Virus record (IMG/VR): IMGVR_UViG_3300045988_073134
Strand: one strand, 5' to 3'
Length of the DNA: 64,000 nucleotides
Origin: a virus
The notes under the pieces were generated by a model. The model had not been told where the DNA came from. It saw only the letters and a list, made by a program, of their open reading frames with translations, and did not search any database. The translations under genes were made by a program, and so were the position numbers. Positions 17,661-26,782 of this stretch are shown here, in pieces. How positions within the stretch are numbered: position 1 is the stretch's first letter; each line of letters begins with the position of its first letter.

Positions 17661-19555
17661 TACTTTTTAAATTGTTTTAATGTATCTTTTACTATTTTAT
17701 CATATGACTTCATCATCTCAGGGAAGTTTTCATATAGGAATTTTCTAGTCTCGGGTTGTGTCATATTCGAACTAATCTCAGCCCATAGTTCACTAGATAC
17801 TTCTATACAAGCTGACTCATATGCACTAATATTTCCATCTTGATTTCTTGTATAGTACTTAGCATCATGTCCCCATTTAGTCTTCACTGCTCCTGCCGAC
17901 ATCCCTTTAGCTGCATCTTGTAATGCTATTGTAAATACTTCATTATCATGTAAGAAGTCTGCAAATTTACCATTAACTAAAGCTGCTGGTGTATTTTCTA
18001 ATGTTTTCTTACCATGGAATTTTTCTTGTACCCATTTAGCCTGCCAGTTATTCATATCTCGCTCAAAAGCTTGAGCTAACCCAGTAGGTTTTATGGCGTT
18101 CTTTAATGTTATCTTAGAATACATAGGTTCACTACCTCCGGAGAACCTATACATTTTAAAATCATCGGGTGTTGCTTGGTCGTCTATCATATGTCCCCAC
18201 TCGTGGAATAATACGTCATATCTATGTTTTTCCCCAAACTGTATTCTAAGGTTTCGTTCATCTTTTAAGGACATATGTATCTTTTTATCAGTAGGTGAAT
18301 AAAATGCTCCACCAGTTGAATTTGTACGTTGGAACTTACCTATACTTAAGTACATATCTTGTACCTCTAATGGTGCTTGTTTTAACGCCTCTAATATACC
18401 TTCAGTAGTGTATTTTTTATTTGTTTTGGATATTTGTTTTTTAAGTGTTTCATGTAATTCAGTATATTTAGCTGCACGCTCTTCCTCAGTATAAATACCA
18501 CGTTGTTTAACTGCTTTCTTAATTGTCTTCTTAATTGATTTAGCTGGTTGCTTAGTTCCTCCAAGACCTTTATACTCAGGTATTTTGTTCATAGCACCGC
18601 TATTCTTCTCGCCATTCGCCCATGCTCTCATGTCTTTAGCAATCTCCTCAGGTGTTGCCTCTTTGCCATTTATCATCCATACTGGTTCTAGCCAACACGC
18701 TCCATTTGGATGGTCAAGTGGGATATCTTCTTTATCAACTATAAATATATGACCATCTCTCTCGTTACACAAATCACAAGTTCTACCTGCTTCGTGATTA
18801 CTATGCCATTTAACACCTCCCATGTATGGATTAACTTTTCTAGTATTAATTGTCTCTATCTGAGATTGATGTGTGATTGTAGTTCGTGCTAATCTTAATG
18901 ACTCATAGTCTAGTCCACTACTATATTTTCTAGCATAACCACTACCTAGTTTTTCTCTTATCTTATTTCTACTCCATGTATGATGCCCACCCATAGCAAA
19001 CTGTTTTAAGTTCTCAGCCATCTCAGCAGCTCCCATACCTTCTGCCATACAACTAGCTACTGCGTCCTCTATTTTTTCACCGCTAGTATTAGTGCAGCTC
19101 CATAGTCTTTTATCCAGTCCTTTTCTATCCTGGTATAGTTTTCCCCTTATTACTTGGTCTACTGTATCTGCATTAACTATGTCCACTAAAGTATCCACTT
19201 GGTCTTTAATTTGTTTATATCCATCTCCCATTAATAGTTGCATCATTTGTTTATTTATATCAGCTAAATCATTAGCAACCTTACTATTATATTTCTTAAC
19301 TACCTTTAGTAATTCGTCGTATATTTGCTGGCTGTATGCAGCAGTTAAGTTCTTTACAGCCTTACTATCTCCATAAGCATTTTTTATTCCTCTATTAATT
19401 GTATCCATATAAGCCTTTTTATAGACTTGTATTATCTGTTGTTGTTGATATTTAGTCAGCTCTCTTGGTTTATTTCTCAATTGTTTATTTAATGTTTCTA
19501 AGTACTCTAATCCGTTCTGTGTTTGTGTATCGCTAATAAACTGAGTCTTTGCCAT
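17660..19555 (-). CDS. Minor head protein, MuF/SPP1 gp7 family, with a roughly 300 aa C-terminal extension carrying an HExxH motif
   Basis: The MuF core is RTCDLCNERDGHIFIVDKEDIPLDHPNGACWLEPV. The C-terminal extension contains YDVLFHEWGHMIDD. Confidence 0.8.
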   Translation of the reverse strand: MAKTQFISDTQTQNGLEYLETLNKQLRNKPRELTKYQQQQIIQVYKKAYMDTINRGIKNAYGDSKAVKNLTAAYSQQIYDELLKVVKKYNSKVANDLADINKQMMQLLMGDGYKQIKDQVDTLVDIVNADTVDQVIRGKLYQDRKGLDKRLWSCTNTSGEKIEDAVASCMAEGMGAAEMAENLKQFAMGGHHTWSRNKIREKLGSGYARKYSSGLDYESLRLARTTITHQSQIETINTRKVNPYMGGVKWHSNHEAGRTCDLCNERDGHIFIVDKEDIPLDHPNGACWLEPVWMINGKEATPEEIAKDMRAWANGEKNSGAMNKIPEYKGLGGTKQPAKSIKKTIKKAVKQRGIYTEEERAAKYTELHETLKKQISKTNKKYTTEGILEALKQAPLEVQDMYLSIGKFQRTNSTGGAFYSPTDKKIHMSLKDERNLRIQFGEKHRYDVLFHEWGHMIDDQATPDDFKMYRFSGGSEPMYSKITLKNAIKPTGLAQAFERDMNNWQAKWVQEKFHGKKTLENTPAALVNGKFADFLHDNEVFTIALQDAAKGMSAGAVKTKWGHDAKYYTRNQDGNISAYESACIEVSSELWAEISSNMTQPETRKFLYENFPEMMKSYDKIVKDTLKQFKK

Positions 19556-19616
19556 ACCTCCACCTCCTATACAATTTATTCTATTAAAAAAGGAGGTTTA
19601 TTAACCCCCTTTACTG

Positions 19617-20048
19617 CTACTTAATGTAGCCTTTATATTTTTCTTTTAATACTTTACCACGTGCAGCTATATCACGTCTAAGTTCTGTTATTGTGTCTAA
19701 ATAATCTTTTTCCTTTTTATTTATTCTGTCCTGTATATCTTGTGGAACAAATCCATGTATTTTAAGTTGTTCTTTTACTTCATATCTATTGCTATATTGT
19801 ATTTTCTTTAGTTCTTCTAATAAATCTTGTAGTTGTGCCATCTCTCTACGTAGTTGATTGTCAGTTACAACTGTTACATATTGAGCTCCACATCTACATT
19901 CAAATCCTCTAATAATAATACAACCTTTTAATATAGCTAATTCTTTTTCTCTTGGATAAAACTCTCTGCCACACTTATCACATTTACATTTGAACTTCAA
20001 TTGTTTTTCCCCTCTACGTCCTTTTGTCCATCCACCTTGTTTACTCAT
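19617..20048 (-). CDS. Zinc-ribbon / coiled-coil protein, unknown function
   Basis: CKCDKCGREF...CRCGAQY followed by a coiled coil. ATG 20048 has GGAGG 9 nt upstream. It has its own motif-type promoter (20078-20114). Confidence 0.55.
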   Translation of the reverse strand: MSKQGGWTKGRRGEKQLKFKCKCDKCGREFYPREKELAILKGCIIIRGFECRCGAQYVTVVTDNQLRREMAQLQDLLEELKKIQYSNRYEVKEQLKIHGFVPQDIQDRINKKEKDYLDTITELRRDIAARGKVLKEKYKGYIK

Positions 20049-20077
20049 ATCAATCAACCTCCTACACTTTTTTATCT

Positions 20078-20114
20078 ACATATATAGTATAGAAAATTAG
20101 TTGTTTTTACTAAT
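20078..20114 (-). promoter_or_regulatory. Phage promoter motif, copy 2 (variant -35 ATTAGTAAA)
   Basis: acatatatagtatagaaaattagttgtttttactaat. It overlaps the portal 3-prime end, 30 nt upstream of ATG 20048. Confidence 0.6.
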
Positions 20115-21689
20115 AGAGCCATTTAAATCGGCCATACTATTTTGAGTCATGTTGACTTTATCCATCTCATCTAGGATTTCATCAAACTCTTTATCAGCTT
20201 CCTCAGCAGAACCAAATTCTCTAATGTAACTTTGTTTACTACGTACATTGGCTTCTACTTCTTTGATTGCTATTGTCTTAGTATCAACTTCATCATCAGG
20301 AATTGGATAGTTATGGTCTAAATCTAGACTTACTTTATATTGCATAGATTGTTTAATAGTTGGGTCTTCAGGATATAAATCACTCTTTAATACTATTTCT
20401 TCAATTAATCTTAATAGCCATACAATCGCCTCATCCCATGTTGCCCATTTTTCTTCACAACGAGTAATAAGGTCATCATATAACATACGTAGAGCTTTAC
20501 CACTGGCCACATTTACTAATGACTCAGGTAATGGTTGTTCCATGCATTCATACATATCTTTTTTCAATCTCTCAAGATAAGCATCGGCTGCTCCTTGGAA
20601 GGTGAACTCACTACCGACCTTTTGTACAGAGGCTTGTTTATAGCTACCATTAGAAGTACCCATTCCTAAAGATGTATCAGTTTTTATATCTAGTATTGCT
20701 CCTGGAGCAATAACAATTCCTTCAATAGAAGCACTATCTGCATCTATGAATGCAGTTTGGTCAAACATAGCAAATCTTAAACTGTCTCTGTAGTCACTGA
20801 CAGTCTTGTTATAGTCTATCTGCATATCCATTAAATCTTTGACATCACTACGTCCTCTAATATCACCTGTAAGGCCATCGTTAAATACAACAGTGCAAGG
20901 TATGCAGCTCAACCCAGTATTCCATTCACTACGTATTTCTACTTGTTGCATCTGTTGTTCATCTTGTTCCTCACCAGCTATACTACTATTTAATATGTTT
21001 GGTACTTCGGCATAGGCTATTGTGTTAGTACCATCTACTACCATATAAGTACACCAGCATTCTTCGCCTCTCATCTCATAAATCCATTTATGCCATCTTT
21101 GTTCGTTTTGTAGTTTACCCACTGTACTCTCATCTTGATATGCTATCTGAACTTTAATTAATTTGTCACAGTCGTTTGGGTCATATTCATATAAGAACTC
21201 AGGCATTGTATAAAATCTAAATTTGATAGGAGCATTGTCTATTGGATTGCCATAGTCATCTACATCTAACATTAATGCTAATAATACACGTTTACCTATA
21301 ACACAGTCCATAAATGCTTTACTGAACTTATTCCAAAACTTTCCATCATCTAATATTTTCTCAAAGGCAATACGTTTATCATCAACTAGTGTTGGGTCAG
21401 TACCATCTACACTCTTTACTACTATAGTAGGTGGTACACTGGTCATAAATCTTCCTTGTTTCTTTAGTAGTTTCTTTGTTAGGTTTCTTATCTCTCTTGT
21501 TGGTCTATAATCTCTGTCTTTTACTGCCCATAGTTGGCCAGTTCCATCTTCTAAATCATCTTCTAATTGTTCAGGTCTACCTTCATAGAATTCATAGTAA
21601 GCTTTTACTTGTTGAAGTTCTTCTAAAAATCTTCTATCTGTACTGTATAATCCTACTAAGGCTCTATCTATACTGTTATACAAACTCAT
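20097..21689 (-). CDS. Portal protein
   Basis: 530 aa, between the terminase and MuF genes, with an acidic C-terminus. The call rests on size and position. Confidence 0.75.
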   Translation of the reverse strand: MSLYNSIDRALVGLYSTDRRFLEELQQVKAYYEFYEGRPEQLEDDLEDGTGQLWAVKDRDYRPTREIRNLTKKLLKKQGRFMTSVPPTIVVKSVDGTDPTLVDDKRIAFEKILDDGKFWNKFSKAFMDCVIGKRVLLALMLDVDDYGNPIDNAPIKFRFYTMPEFLYEYDPNDCDKLIKVQIAYQDESTVGKLQNEQRWHKWIYEMRGEECWCTYMVVDGTNTIAYAEVPNILNSSIAGEEQDEQQMQQVEIRSEWNTGLSCIPCTVVFNDGLTGDIRGRSDVKDLMDMQIDYNKTVSDYRDSLRFAMFDQTAFIDADSASIEGIVIAPGAILDIKTDTSLGMGTSNGSYKQASVQKVGSEFTFQGAADAYLERLKKDMYECMEQPLPESLVNVASGKALRMLYDDLITRCEEKWATWDEAIVWLLRLIEEIVLKSDLYPEDPTIKQSMQYKVSLDLDHNYPIPDDEVDTKTIAIKEVEANVRSKQSYIREFGSAEEADKEFDEILDEMDKVNMTQNSMADLNGSISKNN

Positions 21690-21703
21690 CTTTACCTACC
21701 TCC

Positions 21704-21949
21704 TTATTTAATCTTCTCATATTTCTTTTCAAATACATCTGGTTTACAAGGGTAAAATTCACCCCTTAAACCCTTTATTATATAATCATTAATATTCGCT
21801 TTCATTCTACCTTCTAATGTATCAATAAATAAATCATCTACATCATTCCAAAGTATTTTACCTTGGCCCCAATCTAATAGTTCTATTATATTTTTACCTG
21901 TCCATTGAATAGCCTCAATCTCGCATGGTTTTGTTTTGTATCTTGCCAT
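21704..21949 (-). CDS. Hypothetical protein (possibly PGDYG-like)
   Basis: ATG 21949 has GGAGGATTAAT upstream. Motif INDYIIKGLRGEFYPCKPDVFEKKYE. Confidence 0.45.
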   Translation of the reverse strand: MARYKTKPCEIEAIQWTGKNIIELLDWGQGKILWNDVDDLFIDTLEGRMKANINDYIIKGLRGEFYPCKPDVFEKKYEKIK

Positions 21950-21962
21950 ATTAATCCTCCTT

Positions 21963-23321
21963 TTAATATATAGCACCTTTACCACTTAATACTCTTAGTG
22001 CATCATCTAATGTTCTATAGTTAATACTGTCTGTCATTACTGCATAACGTATTTTATCCATAGCATGGTCATTCATCTTTAGTATTTCCTCCACGCCTTT
22101 GTCCAGTTTGTCTTCATCCCAACAATATGAACCAAATTCTTCAATATCACTTCTACAGCTTGGGTCTAATGTAAATCTATCTTGATTTAATAGATAACTC
22201 ACTAGTTGAATTCCAAGCTCAACATTATTCTTAGCTGGTACTACTTTGATATTATGTCTTTGGAAGAACTTATTCTTCTTTACTTCTACTATCAGTGGAG
22301 CTGCACTTGGGTCAATCGTTATGTATTCAGGCATTACATTATTCTCTTGTATAAATGCAATTAAATCTGTCACGTACTCAGCGACAGTTTTCTGTCCTTC
22401 TTTTCTACCATTATGATAGTAACTTGCTATTTGGTGATATCTCTTTGTAGGAGCATAATATCCAAATATACCAAAAGTAGTAGCATTCTGAATACCAAAG
22501 TCAGCACTAATAAATATTCTCGTCCAATTAAGACTTAATTTCTTAGCATGTCTATCAGGGTCAAACATTGGATATATAACTCCATCTGCCATTACCCATA
22601 GTCCTAAAATAAATCTCTTATAGAACACTCCACTGTACATTGATTTATATCTCTCTATGACATCTTGACTTAGACTTAAATTATCTTCCATTGTAAAATG
22701 TATATGTAGTGCGTTTCTCTCTTTACTCTTTTGAATCCATTCTTGATTGAACCAGTGGAAAGGACTATCAGGGTTACAGTTGAACCAAAACTTAGCACCT
22801 GTTACTGAGCAACGAGCAGTCGCTTGGTTGACAAAAGATTGTGGCATAAGTGCTACCTCGTCAAAGAATACACCAGCTAAAGTTATCCCTTGTATTAAGT
22901 CTTGTGAACTCTCGTCCTTCCCACCAAATATATAAAAATAGTTTATTGCTTTCCTTATATTACCTTGCTTAGTTTTCCATGTTCTGCTAATAGTTAATAA
23001 GTTTTCACTTCTATTGTCATGGACTACATAACCTCTACTCATTAGCATTTGTTTCAGTGGCTGCACAACATTACGTCTACATGACGCTATTGTTTTACCA
23101 CACAATGCAAAGTTCATACCATTAAATCTTTCTGTAGCCCAGTTTATATAGCTGAAACTCATACAAACTGTTTTCCCACTACGTACTGCACCGTCACATA
23201 TTAGTGCAGTATTGTTTTTATAACGTGGGTCTAACCACCAAGACAACACTTGTATTTGTTTGGGGCTAAATGGTTTCCAACCGAATGGCACTACTTTATT
23301 TAGTTTACTCATAGTCATCAC
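21963..23321 (-). CDS. terL: Terminase large subunit
   Basis: 452 aa. Walker A-like ALICDGAVRSGKT, Walker B VFFDEV, and a C-terminal nuclease region (ISADFG...DHAMDKIRY). ATG 23312 is a possible alternative start. Confidence 0.85.
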   Translation of the reverse strand: MMTMSKLNKVVPFGWKPFSPKQIQVLSWWLDPRYKNNTALICDGAVRSGKTVCMSFSYINWATERFNGMNFALCGKTIASCRRNVVQPLKQMLMSRGYVVHDNRSENLLTISRTWKTKQGNIRKAINYFYIFGGKDESSQDLIQGITLAGVFFDEVALMPQSFVNQATARCSVTGAKFWFNCNPDSPFHWFNQEWIQKSKERNALHIHFTMEDNLSLSQDVIERYKSMYSGVFYKRFILGLWVMADGVIYPMFDPDRHAKKLSLNWTRIFISADFGIQNATTFGIFGYYAPTKRYHQIASYYHNGRKEGQKTVAEYVTDLIAFIQENNVMPEYITIDPSAAPLIVEVKKNKFFQRHNIKVVPAKNNVELGIQLVSYLLNQDRFTLDPSCRSDIEEFGSYCWDEDKLDKGVEEILKMNDHAMDKIRYAVMTDSINYRTLDDALRVLSGKGAIY

Positions 23322-23862
23322 CCTCGTTGATACGTTTTAATGAATCCGCTAATATTGCCACAAAGTCGTCTTGTACACTTTCATCACCACCAAGTCCTGC
23401 AATAGCTTTTTTAAGTTCCATTTGTTCGTATTTCATCTTAAGCTCCATAGCTTCTTTAAATGGAATAGTACCAGTACACTCATCTAAGAATGTCTTTATG
23501 GCCACCATATTCTGTATTGCCTGAGCTAATTTAAAATGAGATATCTTTCCTTCTTTGTCTAATATACTGCTGCTATTGTTTACCATTGATTGTTCCCAAA
23601 GACATAGTAGCTTATATCCTGCTTGATAATATCTATCTACTAACTCTTTATTGGCATCTACATATACTGCTTGGCATTTATCTAATGCTAGTTGTTTTGT
23701 TGCTTTTCTTTTCTCAGCCCAACCTTCGTTGTGTATTAGCTTTGTTAATGTACTGTTACTAATATTCCACTTATCACACAATTGTTTATGAGTCATATTA
23801 GCACAATAATCTAAGAATAATTGGTCAATCTCATCTCCTGTTAGTTTTGCTTTTCTCGCCAT
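23305..23862 (-). CDS. terS: Terminase small subunit
   Basis: 185 aa with an N-terminal HTH (HKQLCDKWNISNSTLTKLI). It overlaps the terL start. Confidence 0.7.
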   Translation of the reverse strand: MARKAKLTGDEIDQLFLDYCANMTHKQLCDKWNISNSTLTKLIHNEGWAEKRKATKQLALDKCQAVYVDANKELVDRYYQAGYKLLCLWEQSMVNNSSSILDKEGKISHFKLAQAIQNMVAIKTFLDECTGTIPFKEAMELKMKYEQMELKKAIAGLGGDESVQDDFVAILADSLKRINEGDDYE

Positions 23863-23870
23863 GTTATCAC

Positions 23871-24179
23871 CTACTTTCTAAAATGTTTTGGAGTATTATG
23901 ATAGTGTTCTATCTCCACTTCCCCATCAATTCTCCTTTGTATTTGCTCTCTATATTTCTTGCTATTACTCAATCTTACTAGGCTAACTAAAAAGTACTTG
24001 TTTACCTTCTTTGGTATCTTGTTATTGATAATACAATCAACTAGATACATTGCTTGTTTGTAACTATGAATGTGAGTATGTCCTTCATCCCATTCCTTCT
24101 TTGTATTATATACTACAAATTCATCATGTTCCTCTCTTTGGAATACTACCATATATTTCTTAGCAAATACTTTTTTCAT
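23871..24179 (-). CDS. Hypothetical protein, first gene of the late (packaging) operon
   Basis: A 102 aa ORF with GGAGGATGGTCTT before the ATG. No recognisable motif. Confidence 0.5.
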   Translation of the reverse strand: MKKVFAKKYMVVFQREEHDEFVVYNTKKEWDEGHTHIHSYKQAMYLVDCIINNKIPKKVNKYFLVSLVRLSNSKKYREQIQRRIDGEVEIEHYHNTPKHFRK

Positions 24180-24319
24180 AAGACCATCCTCCTATCACAA
24201 ATTTATATTAGTTATCAGTAACAATTATTAATGTAAGAATTCCTATTTTATGTCTTATTTTAGTACAATTAAAACTCATTTAGGACTTAATTATATAGGT
24301 TTATTGTTCTATTTGTATT

Positions 24320-24352
24320 AAAAAAGGGCAATTAATGTACTATTAATCACCC
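24320..24352 (-). terminator. Intrinsic terminator after the methyltransferase gene, marking the boundary before the late operon
   Basis: An 11-bp stem GGGUGAUUAAU/AUUAAUUGCCC. Both non-Watson-Crick pairs are G.U on the minus-strand RNA. It is followed by T6. Confidence 0.7.
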
Positions 24353-24366
24353 TATTTAGCTGTTAT

Positions 24367-25290
24367 TTAATTGTTATTAGATACATTTTCCAATCTTTTA
24401 TATATTATATTCTCTATATACTCATTGTTTATCTCTGTCGCTATATAATTTCTATTATACTTTACACAAGATATTATCTCTGAACCACTACCTGCAAAGG
24501 GTATATAAACTAAATCATTTGGATTACTTGAGGCATTTATTATTCTGTCTGTTACATCTTGTGGTTTCTGTGTTTTATGACCATATCTAACTTTATCAGG
24601 AATAAAATCCCATACATCAGTTACCCCAACAGGAAGATTAAATATATATCTTTCATTTTTATATTGCTCTATAAGAGTATTGTATTCGTTTCTTATGTTG
24701 AATAATTTACAAATCTTTATCCATTGTTTTTCTGTTGGTACTTGAATTCCTTTTAATTTATTATGCACCCATCCAGTAGGTTTACCATTTTTACTCAATT
24801 CTAATTTTGAAATGTCTGATTGTGTTAAATTTAATTCTTTCATTTTTTGTTTCATAATTCTACTAAATGGAGTATCAAAGAACTCATCTTGTTTTACATA
24901 ATAAAGCAAATATTCGCTTGCTGTTGGAAACATTCTTAATTTATCATTTGTTCTGCCGGCTATTGCTCTTAATCCTTTAGATAAGGTTATATTCTGCCTA
25001 AAGTTTAATTGTTTATCAAATATTAATACCTTTTGCTTAGATAATATATCAAAATTACCATAACAATAAAATACCCCTGTTGGTTTTAATACTCTCACAC
25101 ATTCATTAAACCATTGTTGTGTCCAATTAAGATATTCATCCTCAGTCTTCCATTGTTTATCCCACTTCTCGTTTATAGCCTTATAATATGGTGGGTCAGC
25201 TATTATTAGGTCCACACATTCATTTGGTAGAGTTCTCATATATTCCACACAATCACAGTTATATACTTTATTTAATTCCAAAATAATCAT
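24367..25290 (-). CDS. DNA methyltransferase (N6-adenine/N4-cytosine, beta class); no cognate endonuclease is visible
   Basis: Motif IV DLIIADPPYY is N-terminal and motif I IPFAGSGSE is C-terminal. The ATG at 25290 abuts GGGAGG, so TTG 25281 may be the real start. Confidence 0.8.
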   Translation of the reverse strand: MIILELNKVYNCDCVEYMRTLPNECVDLIIADPPYYKAINEKWDKQWKTEDEYLNWTQQWFNECVRVLKPTGVFYCYGNFDILSKQKVLIFDKQLNFRQNITLSKGLRAIAGRTNDKLRMFPTASEYLLYYVKQDEFFDTPFSRIMKQKMKELNLTQSDISKLELSKNGKPTGWVHNKLKGIQVPTEKQWIKICKLFNIRNEYNTLIEQYKNERYIFNLPVGVTDVWDFIPDKVRYGHKTQKPQDVTDRIINASSNPNDLVYIPFAGSGSEIISCVKYNRNYIATEINNEYIENIIYKRLENVSNNN

Positions 25291-25301
25291 CCTCCCAATA
25301 T

Positions 25302-25338
25302 AAATAGGAATTATCGCAGTGGTAGATAATTCCTATTT
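25302..25338 (-). promoter_or_regulatory. Perfect 14-bp stem-loop immediately upstream of the methyltransferase RBS
   Basis: aaataggaattatc-gcagtggta-gataattcctattt. There is no clean U-tract after it on the minus strand (TTTATATT). Confidence 0.5.
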
Positions 25339-25343
25339 GGTTG

Positions 25344-25550
25344 TTATTTAGTTGTATTATTATTATTTGGTAGTGTATATTCAGTAATTAATTGTGTAAG
25401 ATTATTAATAATTTTAGGTACGTCGTTTGCTTCTATACAATCTTCCTCTAATAATGCTTGTATTACTCTTACTACTATGCTTGTAGCTTCTACTAATAAG
25501 TCTTCACTACTACCATCTAACATTATTTCTCCATCTTTACTTTTAATCAT
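25344..25550 (-). CDS. Small protein, member of a local paralogue family
   Basis: 68 aa. The N-terminus MIK..DG... is followed by a helix pattern shared with 26112-26312 and with the N-terminus of 25554-26099. Confidence 0.5.
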   Translation of the reverse strand: MIKSKDGEIMLDGSSEDLLVEATSIVVRVIQALLEEDCIEANDVPKIINNLTQLITEYTLPNNNNTTK

Positions 25551-25553
25551 ATA

Positions 25554-26099
25554 TTAATCCTCCTTACTTTGTTTATCTATCATTGCATCTAATAAGTCAT
25601 CCATATCTATTCCTGCATCCTTAGCTTCTTTACGTAGTTGAATCATTTCTTCTTTACTCATTATATGGTCATTCATTACTGGCCACCATTTTTCTATTAA
25701 TACACTCATCGCATACATTTCCCATGTTAAGTTATCCATATCTATTCCTAATCCTCCTTTTATAATATCATTTACAGTTATTTCTTCCGCCTCCTCTTTT
25801 GGCTCCTCTTGTAGTGGTTTTATGTGTTGCACTGTAGTTGATGTATCACTAGTATATTTATGGTTACTCTCTATAGATATTTTTGTTGTTTGTGCTATTG
25901 TATCTATCATATTAAACTTAGCAGTTAATTCATCAACACCTGGTTGTAAGTTTTCTTTATTTTGCTCCACTATACTATTTACTAGCGTAGATTGTAGTGC
26001 AGTTAATTCATATAATAAATCTTTTAATGTACCTCTTACTATTGTACCTTCCTTTACTATTTGTACTCCATTTTTAGTATCCACAGTTATTTTAATCAT
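25554..26099 (-). CDS. Hypothetical protein; the N-terminal domain belongs to the local paralogue family
   Basis: 181 aa. MIKITVDTKNGVQIVKEGTIVRGTLKDLLYELTALQ, then an acidic C-terminal half. Confidence 0.5.
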   Translation of the reverse strand: MIKITVDTKNGVQIVKEGTIVRGTLKDLLYELTALQSTLVNSIVEQNKENLQPGVDELTAKFNMIDTIAQTTKISIESNHKYTSDTSTTVQHIKPLQEEPKEEAEEITVNDIIKGGLGIDMDNLTWEMYAMSVLIEKWWPVMNDHIMSKEEMIQLRKEAKDAGIDMDDLLDAMIDKQSKED

Positions 26100-26111
26100 A
26101 TATAGCCCTCC

Positions 26112-26312
26112 TTAATTATTTAAATTATTTTTTACTTGTTGTGCAAATTCGTCTATAAAATCATTTATATGCTCTTTATCTAAATTACCCCTTTCTACTA
26201 ATGTCATTATTATACTTATTGTGGCATTTAATAATTGCTCCACTACATCTTCTACTTCTCCTTTAACTCTTGTTTTTACAGTTCCATCGTTATTTCTTGT
26301 TACTTTAATCAT
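26112..26312 (-). CDS. Small protein, member of a local paralogue family
   Basis: ATG 26312 follows GAGGAGGAG. The sequence is MIKVTRNNDGTVKTRVKGEVEDVVEQLLNATISII. Confidence 0.5.
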   Translation of the reverse strand: MIKVTRNNDGTVKTRVKGEVEDVVEQLLNATISIIMTLVERGNLDKEHINDFIDEFAQQVKNNLNN

Positions 26313-26313
26313 A

Positions 26314-26472
26314 TTATTTCTCCTCCTCATTTTTAATATCAATAAAATATTTAGTTGTATCTAAATTACTCAAACTTAGTAATATGTATTTTAAATCTTC
26401 TATTGTAGAATGTCTATATATAAAACAATTCATGCCATTCTCTTTATTTACTACTCTTACTGTATACTTCAC
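26314..26472 (-). CDS. Possible 52 aa ORF with a GTG start (not in the track)
   Basis: GGAGGCTAAATA precedes the GTG at 26472, which overlaps the upstream stop (TAGTG). My translation is (M)KYTVRVVNKENGMNCFIYRHSTIEDLKYILLSLSNLDTTKYFIDIKNEEEK. Confidence 0.35.
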   Translation of the reverse strand: MKYTVRVVNKENGMNCFIYRHSTIEDLKYILLSLSNLDTTKYFIDIKNEEEK

Positions 26473-26705
26473 TATTTAGCCTCCTTACTATTTAGTTCTT
26501 TTTCCATTGCCTCTACAGCCTCTTTAATATGTTGTATAGCTGCGAAGTCTGAGTAGTCCTTTAAGACTACATCTCTGTAGCCCATTAACAGGGCTACTAA
26601 TTCATATTGAGATATTAATGGTTCTTGATGTGGTGTTACTTTCATCTTTACAAACGCTTGAACCTTTCCATTAATTGGTTTTAATTTACTTTTTACTTTT
26701 AACAT
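26472..26705 (-). CDS. Small protein, possibly related to the local paralogue family
   Basis: ATG 26705 follows GGGAGGTACAAT. It is the first gene after motif copy 26739-26775. Confidence 0.5.
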   Translation of the reverse strand: MLKVKSKLKPINGKVQAFVKMKVTPHQEPLISQYELVALLMGYRDVVLKDYSDFAAIQHIKEAVEAMEKELNSKEAK

Positions 26706-26738
26706 ATTGTACCTCCCGTTATTTCCTTCATTCATCTT

Positions 26739-26775
26739 ACATATATAGTATAGAAATAATGCTCAATTTACTAAG
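26739..26775 (-). promoter_or_regulatory. Phage promoter motif, copy 3
   Basis: acatatatagtatagaaataatgctcaatttactaag, 34 nt upstream of ATG 26705. Confidence 0.6.
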
Positions 26776-26782
26776 TAGATAT

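Noticed and set aside
14649-19555. A prohead protease gene in the head module.
   Set aside because: None of the head-module ORFs shows ClpP/S49 or HK97-type protease motifs. The two HExxH proteins are noted as a finding but cannot be called the maturation protease from sequence alone.
16874-24320. A third (late) promoter consensus, shared by the gaps upstream of 24179, 16849 and 61966.
   Set aside because: By eye, only vague AT-rich similarities (TTAATAAT-GTT ... TATAAT-like) with inconsistent spacing. Three sequences are not enough to define a motif without computation.
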